DNA of 63,287 nt, filler included, from Octopus bimaculoides (lineage: Eukaryota), in assembly GCF_001194135.2 (NCBI RefSeq). It is 6 parts of 5 records of this genome, joined end to end, with 100 filler letters (N's around TTAATTAATTAA, not from the genome) between each part and the next. Parts side by side here need not be neighbours in the genome. Positions count along the whole stretch, not along the records: positions 11,691 to 28,933 come from NC_068981.1; 5 more parts are not named here. One strand, 5' to 3'. The notes beneath the pieces were generated by a model. It made no database searches. It had not been told where the DNA came from and saw nothing but the letters and a program-made list of their open reading frames with translations. The translations under genes were made by a program, and so were the position numbers. The first letter of the stretch is position 1; the number at the start of each line of letters is the position of its first letter. This document shows positions 13,260 through 23,723 of the stretch, in pieces.

Positions 13260-13490
13260 CAATAACAACTATCAGTGGTACTGTTATTTATGACATCGTT
13301 CGTGCATTTGTACTGGTTTTAGCTTTAGGGTTTTAGGGTTAGGGTTATGAGTATTTTTGCTAAATTTGGTTAAAAAGTTTGTGGCGGTGTATTGAACAGA
13401 TTTTCACCAAATGTGGCAAAAATACTCATAACCCTAACCCAAATGCACGAATGATGTCATAAATAAAAGTACCGCTGATAGTTGTTGTTG
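13260..13490. repeat. Fold-back inverted repeat containing TTAGGG-like units
   Basis: 13260-13310 pairs with 13440-13490 (about 4 mismatches in 51); 13337-13369 pairs with 13407-13439; TTTAGGG-TTTTAGGG-TTAGGG at 13325-13346. Confidence 0.85.
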
Positions 13491-13570
13491 AGTACTTCTA
13501 TGTTTTTAGACCACAGAATAGTAAACAAAAGTTCTATATATATCTGTGCACATGTGCACACACACACACA

Positions 13571-13851
13571 CAGGGTGCATTAACTTAAAAAATAATTTTA
13601 AAGAAAACAAAGTATTTATTAGAAAAACCTATACATTTTTTTATAGAATTTGGTACACATATTCTTACATATAGCAAAAGGCTATTAATAAAACCACCAT
13701 CAGCTTCAATTACTGCCTCAATACAGGTGATCTTTATTCCCTAATAGCAGATTAGCAGATGAGTCATTGATGTTGTGGGCATGCTTGATGGTCTCCCTCT
13801 CAATGATGCCCCAAACAGGAGAGTTTGGAGGCCAAATATTAGGTTTAACAT
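13571..13851 (-). mobile_element. Tc1/mariner maT-like transposon, 3' piece (transposase C-terminus and end)
   Basis: Minus strand reads HVKPNIWPPNSPVWGIIERET, a decayed WPPNSPDLNPLDY..WG motif; element end begins CAGGGTG at 13571. Confidence 0.7.
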
Positions 13852-14705
13852 GGCTTGGCTTCATGCTCTTGCTTGATGAGGCTGGGGTCAGTCCAAGTTA
13901 GCAGTCCTAAGTTAGTGGTCATCATGCATAGAGCCAACCAGGTTCACCAGTGCTCTCCATTGCAGGTGGACCTGTGCCAGCCACTTTGCATTCTCCAATG
14001 TAATGTTGATCCTTTGGAAATCTTCCCCAATCATGTCCAGCTATCTGGAACAGGCCCCTTCCAGCCTGCAGCAGCTGTATTGGATGAAAGTAAAGCCCTG
14101 GTAGGATGATCTAGTGGAAGGTGGAGGACATGTTCATACCAGTGCATGGGGTGGATAAGATGAGTTGGGAGGCTGTGGGATGATGTGTACATGCATGCAG
14201 TTTCTTGTTAGAAATGTGATTGTACCATCTGATGTTCTTAATGGTTCTCAGGGCTCTGCTATAGAAGCTATCAATCCTCTTTGCCAGGGTCTTTGAAGGG
14301 GTCCACATTTCAGCTCCATAGAGGAGAATGAAGAGGATATGTTGTAAATGCAGAGCTTTGTCTTCCGGGAGATAGAGTATTGGCACAAGAGGGGCTTCCA
14401 TAGGGAGTACATGATCCCAGAGGCCAGACCACATCTGCAGTTGATCTCCATTGTTGGTGGCTGTGGAGTCCAGGTAGATGGAGCTGACAAACGTCACAAT
14501 GTCAGGGCCAATATGGAGATGGGGATGATCCAGGCCATCTCCGACATGCCTCAACTCGGTCTTCTCCCAACTCACTTGAAGGCCAAGCTTTGCTGATTAT
14601 TCTCTGTAAATGGTCAGTGTATCCCTGCTGAATAGAGTTGTATCATCCATGTACTTCAGGTCAGTAAAGTGGTAGTTCCTGACAAAGTCATTATCACAGA
14701 AACTA
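13852..14705 (-). mobile_element. RTE-like LINE 3' fragment, inserted in the maT-like element
   Basis: Minus strand gives FTDLKYMDD (RT YADD-equivalent), LGLQVSWEKT and ILLYGAEMWT...RALRTIKNIRWYNHISN; many frameshifts. Confidence 0.75.
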
Positions 14706-14975
14706 CCAAGTGTAACATAATCGTGAAAATTTTTGATCATCTACTCCTGCATCATGCAGGCCGTGTGAGAGGGAGTCTTGCTGGAACATGTACAGCTTCC
14801 TCTGAGCAACTCTCTCAATCCAGGGCATGACAACTGTTTTCATTGTTTTGATGTAGCCTGTTACATTGACCATAAGACCATGTGGGAAAAAGTGAAGAGG
14901 CATGACAAGGCTCTCATTACTCACAGCCCCCAAGACCATCACATACAAAGGGAACTTGGTGTGCATAATAATAAT
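14706..14975 (-). mobile_element. maT-like transposase, central piece
   Basis: ORF 14703-14966 TKFPLYVMVLGAVSNE...PLHFFPHGL.VN..GYIKTMKTVVMPWI...YMFQQDS is typical of maT/DD37D-type DDD domains. Confidence 0.75.
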
Positions 14976-15315
14976 AAATAAATAAATAAATAAAAAGTAA
15001 AGGAAAAATAAGCAGCACTATATGATACAAAAATAATGGATGACAGATCTCAACATATGAGTTGTGGAAAATAATATATGAGATGCTGTAGTAGTATGCA
15101 TCTGTGTGTGTGCAATTTATCTATATATGCAGGTATATACGTGTGCAAGCTTGCTATACAATATATCAATACTCATTTAAATCCTCTGTCATCTGTTCTC
15201 AGAGAGTCGGCATACTGAATTTTGAACTAAACACTTCTCACAGCTTCCTCTCTTCCACAGATACTTTCCAATGAGAACATCTAGCATATACTATTCATTT
15301 GTATAAAGAATCCTG

Positions 15316-15480
15316 CACTCTCTGAGTGGTTGGCATTAGGAAGGGCATCCAGCTGTAGAAACTCTGCCAAATTAGATTGGAGCCTGGTGTTGCCATCCGG
15401 TTTCACCAGTCCTCAGTCAAATCGTCCAACCCATGCTAGCATGGAAAGCGGACGTTAAATGATGATGATGATGATGATGA
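15316..15480 (+). mobile_element. 3'-terminal fragment of the RTE LINE family (or a derived SINE) with (ATG)n tail
   Basis: Reverse-complement match to 17455-17610; ends CATGGAAAGCGGACGTTAA(ATG)n. Confidence 0.8.
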
Positions 15481-16849
15481 ATTCTTACAAGTGCAGCTGC
15501 TGTTCCAGCACACTCTTCTTTGCAACTTCCATAGATCTAGATTCAGTGTTGCTTAATAAAGCTTGCTCTTTGCAAAAAAAAAAAAAAGAAAGAAACTGAC
15601 TACTTTACTGCCAGTTAAAGAACTAGCTTGTGATCTTTGTTTTTTACTCTTTCTTTAGCTACCATGCTTTGAGCTACAGCCACCACTGGAACTGAATAAC
15701 ATAAAATATCAACTATGTTGTGAGACATTTGATAAGTTAATGGACTTCATTTGTGGGTGCTCCTACTATTAACACATATCTATCACATCTGAAATTCTGC
15801 TTCTATGTTTATCTGTACCTTTAATGTACTCATAGTTTGCACTGGGTACTAAGTATCAAGTTTTTAACTATAACCATTATCTACATTGACCAAACCACTT
15901 CCCACCTGGCACTAGAATCTAGTGCTTTGTTACTATGACATTAGACTTTGACAATTAAACTCTAGATCTATGGAAGGAAGTGGGCTGAATTTAATAGTAA
16001 TAATATTAACAGGTGCAGGCATGGCTTAACCAAGCTGAAACAAGTCCAGAGTTATAACAAAACTTACTGAAAATGAGACTTACTCTCCTGACAATTTTTG
16101 TTATTATTTGTTATACTATCAGTATGACATCCATGACTTGGTACAAATCTAGTTGCATTTTATTCAAAATGACCCTTTTGTTTCATTCAAAAATCCAAGC
16201 ATTGAATGTAATAGTATGTTTAATGACTATGGGACAAGAGGTCAATGGAGTTTGCAAGGGTCATACATGAGTAGTAATACTTTCCAAAGCTAGACAGAAG
16301 TATACAAATTGAACAACGATTCTGTACTGGTTAGCAGATGCTAATCATCTTAATCCCTGTGCTGTCAGAACACATTATACATCTTCTTTCAATTTCCATA
16401 TCTTCTAGATGCAGAAAGCAGTGTTACCTGCACCATCCGTTTTTGTTTTGACTTATGAATTTATTATCAATTAGACAAAAAGAAGAATGAGATATTTTTG
16501 TAAAGAAAGAAAAAGTTATGAGTTGAAAGATAGTTACTATCACCTACAGAATGAGGTAAGATATAGTTTTGCTAAGAAAATAGCTAAGAAAACAGTTCAT
16601 AATGCACTTACTGTTGACAATGAAGACTAAGTTTTTACATCATTACAATAGATTAAATCGTATAATGGCTAACAGTACAGTGAATAAGAGTACTGACATA
16701 TTTATCTTGGATAAGTGTTGGCTCAATTCTCAAAAATATAAATAGTGAATATAAAACAAAAAATCCAAATCATGATGATGATTATAGAATCTTATAAAAT
16801 GAAATATAGCAAAAAACTGTAAAATGAATAGAGAGATTAAGCAACAAAC

Positions 16850-17012
16850 CTTAGAATCATGCCTTGATGTATTGAAAACAGATAGTGACAAAGGAAGTAG
16901 GTGTGCTTCAGTCGTAAAGATGTAATCATTCAAATCTAAAATCAAATCTTCATCTTCAGCAAACAAAAGATATAAATATTTGAAAGTTTCAGCCAAAACA
17001 AATGAATCCATT
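16850..17012 (-). CDS. EDEM3: EDEM3-like ER degradation-enhancing alpha-mannosidase (GH47), single internal exon
   Basis: Encodes (R)[44 protein letters not shown]. This matches the GH47 C-terminal motif, and the [17 protein letters not shown] pattern fits EDEM3 rather than EDEM1/2 as I recall them. Acceptor TATTTCAG (phase 2) and donor AAG|GTTTGT (phase 0). Confidence 0.88.
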
Positions 17013-17447
17013 CTGAAATATTAAAAAAAAAAAACACAACAACATAAAACACCAAAATAGAATAGAGTAAGAATAGAAAATAGTATATCAGCCTCCTTAT
17101 TAAAACACTGTAACAGCTTCAAACAAACTGGCAAAATTTTATATATGACATAACAGGTTAAGATTTCTTACCTTTTTACCTTTTCAGCATTTAAATTGTA
17201 AATTGCATTATACATGCAATTAAATTGTACATGTGCAAATACATTAAAATATAAAGTAAGTTTAGATAAGGTAAAATCCTGGTGTATTCCTTATGCAGAG
17301 CTCAATACAAATTCCTAGCTATCTACGTGTTAAGACTGGTATTTCAGAATGAGCATGGACACAGGGACTCCAAGTACTTATCACTGGTATAATGAGCATG
17401 TAAGTATTTGATAGGATAACATATGAGAAAAGGAAGATGAATATTAA

Positions 17448-20400
17448 TCATCATCATTTAACGTCTGCTTTCCATGCTAGCATGGGTTGGATGATTTGAC
17501 TGAGAACTGGCGAACCAGATGGCTGTACCAGGCTCCAATCTGATCTGGCACAGTTTCTACAGCTAGATGCCCTTCCTAACACCAACCACTCCGAGAGTGT
17601 AGTGAGTGCTTTTACGTGCCACCAACATGAGGGCAAGCCTGGTGGTACTGGCAACGGCCATGCTCAAATGGTGTTCTTACGTGCCACCTGCACAGGAGCC
17701 AGTCCAGCGGCGCTGGCAACGACCTTGCTCAAATATTTTGTTCATGTGCCAGTAAGGCGACACTGGTAACGATACCGGCATGAAAGCCAGACCGCTGCTC
17801 TGGCAGTGATCCCGCTTGTATGGTGCTGTTAGCGCTCCACTGGCAAAGGTGCCAGTCATCGAATTTGGTTCATTTACGATTTCACATGCTCCAACAGGTC
17901 TTCGCAAGCAGAGTTTAGTGTCCAATGAAGGAGAGGTTGGCATGGGTGCCAGTCATTGAATTTGGTTCGATTTTCATTTCACTTGCCTCAACATGTCTTT
18001 GCAAGCAGAGATTTGTGTCCAAAGAAGGAAAAGTACGCATAAGTGAGCTGGCTACACCCCTGGTAAAGGCCACGAGTTAGGATCTCACTTGTCTTGCTGG
18101 GTCTTCTCATGCACAGCATATTTCCAAAGGTCTCGGTCAGAAGTCATTGCCTCGGTGAGGCCTAATGTTCGAAGGTCGTGCTTCACCACCTCATCCCAGG
18201 TCTTCCTGGGTCTACCTCTTCCACAGGTACCCTCAACTGATAGGCTGTGGCACTTCTTCACACAGATATCCTCATCCATTTTCACCAAATGACCATACCA
18301 GCGCAATCATCTCTCTTGCACGCCACAACTGATGCTTCTTAGGTCTAACTTTTCTCTCAAGTTACTAACACTCTTTCGAGTATGCACACTGACGTTACAC
18401 ATCCATTGGAGCATACTGACTTCATTCCTTGCGAGCTTACACATGTCCTCAGCAGTCACGGCCCATGTTTCACTGTCATGTAGCATGGCTGTTCATACAC
18501 ATGCGTCATACAGCCTGCTTTTTCTACAGATCGAACAGGGCCATCTACCTGAAGGGGTTGGTGTTTTCTCTATCTTCCTACTTATTAGGACTTTGGGCTT
18601 AGCTAGGTTGACTATAAGGCCATTTGATTCTATTCCTTGCTTCCACACCTGAAACTCCTCTAGTTCTGATAATGACTCAGCAATTAGGGCAAGGTCATCA
18701 GCATAGAGGAGTTCCCTGTCTTGAATTCCTCTGCTATTGCCTGGAGGACTATGATAAATAGGAAGGGGCTGAGGACTGAACCTGGGTGGACCCCTACCTC
18801 TACCCACAATTCTTCACTGTACTCATTGCCAACACTCACCTTACTGATGGCGTCCCTGTACATGGCTCACACAGCTCTCACTAACCCTTCATCTGTCCCT
18901 AGTTTCCTCATTGTCCACCAGATAACGGATCAGGAGACCCTGTCAAAGGCTTTCTCTATGTTGACGAAAGCCAGGTACAGAGGTTTATCTTTGGCTAGCT
19001 ATTTCTCCTGCAGCTGTTTTACCAGAAATATAGCATAAGTGGTGCTTTTCCCTGGCACAAACCCAAACTGCATCTCATCTAAGCTGACACTTTCCCTAAT
19101 TAGTTGGGCTATGACCCTCTCCGTGACTTTCATTACCTGATCCAACAACTTGATACCTCTGTAATTGTTTGTGTCTAAAGCGTCACCTTTACCTTTGTAG
19201 CAGTTGACTATGGTGCTGCTACACCAGTCATTGGGTATGGCTCCTTCGGGTGTCACCTGGTTAACTATACGGGTAACTAGGCTATAGCAGACACTGCCAG
19301 ATATTTTGAGCATCTCTGCAGTGATTCCAGATGGGCCGGGGGCTTTCCCTGTCTTCATACTCTTAATTGCTTTATCTACCAAGGTACTGTCAATTAGGAT
19401 AGCTGGTCCCTCTTTCTCCCATTCATTCTCTTTATTAAGCAACCTTTCATAATGGCATCTCCAAACCTCTTTCTTTGCAGCCTTGCTTAGTGCAAACGAG
19501 CCATCATCCATGTGGACACATATCTCTCTTACGACATCACAATTCTCTCTCATACACTGTCTTGCAACACGAAATACTTCAAGTCTTTGGTCCTCACGAC
19601 GCAGAACATTGGCAAATTTATTCTTATCTGCTTCCCCTCTGGCTAAATAAACCTGTCTCCTAGCTTCTGGCAGATTGATACAATTCCCTGCTACCACCGT
19701 TCTTCCAGTCCTTCCAAGCCTGTTTCTTTTGTCTAATAGACCTGTCAACCACATTGTTCCACCACCACATTATGTTGGGTCAAGAGGGAACTTTGCACCA
19801 ACCACAGATCTGGTCAGTGGCTCTCTGCAGGTTGTCCCGTAGAAACCTCCAGTTGTCTTCCACATCATGTTATGCTACATCCCCTTCTATTTTGTCAAAT
19901 GCTTTGAGTAAGACATTTCTAAATCTCTGCCCATTTGCTGGATCTTTAAGCTTCCAGACCCCCTCTCCTCCAAGCTGGTCTACTTCTGGGCATCCATTTA
20001 GCCCTGATCCCGAAGTCGCTAACTACTAATCTATGTTCAGGGGTACATCCTTCACCTGGGAAGGTTTTGGCATTTATAAGCAGCCATCTTTCCCTTTTTC
20101 TGGCGAGAATGTAGTCAATTTGGCTAGTGTGCCTGCCAGAACGGTAGGAGACTAGGTGACAGGCGGGCTTCCTGAAGTTAGTATTACAAACCATAAGATC
20201 GTTTGCATCACAGAACTCCAGCAGTCTGGTGCCCTCTTCATTGCGGGAATGAAAGCCATAGCCTCCATGTACGCCATGGAAGTCCCCTGCATGTTGTCCA
20301 ACATGTCCATTGAAATCACCAGCTACAAAGAGAAGGTCCCTGTCATTTGTTGACATGGTAGTCTGCAGTAGGGTATCATAAAATTGGTCTTTCTGCCCAT

Positions 20401-21130
20401 CTGGTAGCCCCGGTTGAGGGGCATAGGCCGAGATAACGGTAGCTAACCTATGGTGAAGCATTAGTCTAATCTTAAGTACCCTGTCACATATTCTGANNNN
20501 NNNNNNTAGGCCGAGATAACGGTAGCTAACCTATGGTGAAGCATTAGTCTAATCTTAAGTACCCTGTCACATATTCTGACTACCTCGATTACCTTATCAA
20601 CCCATTTCTCTGCAAGAAGTATACTCACGCCCCCTTCCCTGTCAGTAATCCCTGCCCTGAAAATCTTGTACCTGTGTTCTTTGCCTGTGAGGAACCTAGT
20701 GGAACCTCCTCTCCACCTTACTTCTTATGCAGCACAAATCTACACGTCTCCATTCAAGCATCTCAACAATCTCACCAGACCTACCTTTCAGTGTGCCGAC
20801 GTTGAGTGTGCCAACTCTGAGGGTGTGGGAGGTGTGGGCCTGTGAGACCCTGGGATGAGAGACAGCAGTGTCATGTACCTGAAAAGAAAGCTTGCATTTG
20901 GCAGAATTCATAAACGAACAATAGCCTACAACCTGCATACACTACAACATTTTTATGTGCTGTATGATTGATAAACCCTAGGTAGGGGTGGGGATGGCAT
21001 TAGGCCCTTAGAAGTGTTTGCGGGAGGTAACCAAAGGATGACAGAGGATAGGAACTTCCGGTAAAGGTGGAGGGGGTGAGGGGCGGGAGTACCACAAGCC
21101 AGCAAGTTTAGACGAGAGCATCTTCTGCAC
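17448..21130 (-). mobile_element. RTE-clade LINE, near full length, inactivated (APE endonuclease + RT)
   Basis: TLRVGTLNVGTL (APE start), VAGDFNGHVG, SQIDYILA, KAPGPSGI, QFGFVPGKST, LYADDLALIA, RWYGH...GRGRPRKTW; 3' end with (TGA)n tail; stops and frameshifts. 5' boundary approximate. Confidence 0.92.
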
Positions 21131-22292
21131 ATGTATACTATGGTACATAAATTTAGAGAGAATGAATTAAAGAAATGATAAACTTGAATAAATAAATTAA
21201 AATGTGACGATTAACAAATATGCATGAACTTAAGATAAACAAGACGAATATTAACATAGCATATGTTTAATGTCACTTACAATTGTTTTGACCAAGTTAC
21301 AAATCTTGTACATTTATATATATTATATAAGAGTGTTTTGCCAGACATAGTAGGAGATATATTTAGAGATGACACTCTATTTCTATTTTATAGATATAGT
21401 AAGGTAGATACAGTAAGATATATAGTAAGGTTGACTGTAAAATAAGTATTTCTAGGAACTTAGGATTATAAATAGGAACACTAGGTTAGTTAATTTATTA
21501 GATGTAATATGAAAATTTCACACTGGACTATACATTCCCTACCACAAACCCAATGAAAGTTTCTAGTATGTTAAAAAACTAAAAACATCCTAGAATGGTT
21601 ATAAATTTAATAGTGAAAGATGTATTCTCTAGAGAATGTAGATTATTGGTGAATAGAGAGATCTTCATGTTAAATGCACAATACTATAATAAAGCCTTAG
21701 TGAGGAGAAAATTTCTTATCAGCTGGAGAACAATAATTTAACACATAAAACGCCTTACCCACAATGAATACTGAAATGTTTATGTATCAGCTCCTGGAAT
21801 ACAATGACTAAACAGAGCACAAAAATAATATCAATGACAGCAAATGCATGGTGTAACACAGGAACAGTGATATCCCTCGTCATCACATGAATAATACCAT
21901 GAAGAAACAGTTACCTATGAGAAATAAGAAGAGTTTACATAATAGGGGTTTTTCCTGAGGTGGGAAGGAAGAAGAGGATCATTCCTTTGCATACCAATGC
22001 TCCAGAACTCTTTGAAACTTCTAGACCTAACATGTAGAGTATGCAAACTGGAGTGTAATTAATATCATCCTTTTGATACCAACCCACCTAAGACTGCCAT
22101 TGGTTCTATGATATATACATCATGTGACTTAAATTAGAACTTTCCCTCAAAATTCCATGTTAATTTATGTTCCAAACACTGGTTTAATAATGACTAAGTC
22201 ACTTTACTAAATTCTTATTTTCAAAATTAATTTAAACAAAGGCAGAAATATAGTAACAAAAGGGTTAAACATGATGGATTGAACACTAATAG

Positions 22293-23493
22293 TATTAGGT
22301 CGTCAAATATGAAATTTGTAGTAAGGTATATGGTAAACTTTGACAGCTGCTCATTTTGCACCATTATTACATTTTGACAATATTTTTTGTTAGAAAGCTG
22401 ACACATCTATTTCTTTATTCTAACTCATTTTGTGCTTTACTAAGTATTTATAAATCATTTTTTGCTATTTTTGTTTAGAGATGAATAAGTCAGAAATTCG
22501 TACAGTTTTGAAATATGGGTTCTTTCTTGGAAATACAGCATCACAGACAGCTTGGAATATTAATGGAGTATTTCATTCTAACGTTATTACACAGCAGACA
22601 GTATCAAAATTTGCAAAATTTCATTCTGGTAACTTTAACCTCACAAATGAGCAACGTGATCGACCAGAAACAAAGGTGAATAATGACAAACTGAAAGCTA
22701 CCATTGAGTCAGATTCATCTCAAAGTGCCCATGAATTATCATTGTTGTTTGGTGTTAGCAAGCAAACAATATTGACTCACCTAGTTCAAATTGGTATAGT
22801 GAAAAAGTTGGATAAGTGGGTTCCACATGAACTCAATGAAAATCAGAAACAGCAATGTTTGGAAGCCTGCATTATGCTACTTTCTCATACAAAAATGAAT
22901 CATTTTTAGAAATGCATCCAATACAACAACCGTAAACGTTCAGCACAATGGTTGAACAAAGACGANNNNNNNNNNNNNNNNNNNNNNNNNNNNNNNNNNN
23001 NNNNNNGGCTCATCAATCACAGCCGAAGTATACTGCAGCCAACTGGACCAAATGATGCAGAAACTTACAAAAAAAAAACAGCCTAGATTCGTCAACAGAT
23101 CCACTCCTATTTTATTGCAAGACAACGCCAGACCACACATTGCAAAAATGACATTGGCGAAACTACAGGAGTTGGAGTTGGAAGTTCTCCATCATCCACT
23201 ATACTCACCTGATCTTGCCCCCACTGACTACCACTTCTTCTAGAATTTGGATAACTTTTTGATAGGAAAAAAATCTAATTCTGACGATGCTGTAAAACAG
23301 GCCTTCCAAGATTTTATTGACTCTAGATTGCCAGGCTTTTACAGTTCCGGGCTGGAAAGCTATCACTGAAATGGTAAAAGTGCATTGACAATATGGGTGC
23401 ATACTTTGATGAATAAAACTATTCCTTGTATTTATAAAACATTAGTAAACTTATTTTTTCTTTTCTACAAATTTCATACTTGATGACCTAATA
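22293..23493 (+). mobile_element. mariner transposon with TIRs, decayed transposase
   Basis: TATTAGGTCGTCAAATATGAAATTTGTAG (22293-22321) versus the reverse complement of 23465-23493: 2 mismatches in 29, terminal TA. WVPHEL, LQDNARPH and YSPDLAPTDYHFF motifs present. Confidence 0.93.
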
Positions 23494-23723
23494 ATAACAA
23501 CCCTATCAGTACTTACCTGTCTAAATGTAATGATATCTCAACATCTGGCAGTGCTACAAATATCACTTATAAAAGCAGAACTAGAAGTAACAGGTTATTT
23601 AAGAAAAAGCATAACATTGGTTCAAATAACTCCTCAGATTACATGTAGCTAGAGACATACTGGGTATATTCTTTAGGACACAAGATAGGAATTTTCCTCT
23701 CTGCAACAGTTAACCCTCTAGAG

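Noticed and set aside
12934-13325. 191-bp perfect tandem duplication
   Set aside because: The copies are separated by exactly 10 N; typical unmerged contig overlap.
16428-16451. 24-nt phase-0 micro-exon candidate (SKQKRMVQ) downstream of the EDEM3 exon
   Set aside because: Good donor but poor acceptor, and no recognisable EDEM3 similarity.
20424-20579. 73-bp perfect tandem duplication inside the RTE
   Set aside because: Also split by a 10-N gap; assembly overlap artefact.
21758-21915. Minus-strand AG...GTAAGG-bounded segment that looked like an EDEM3 exon
   Set aside because: Stops in all three frames.
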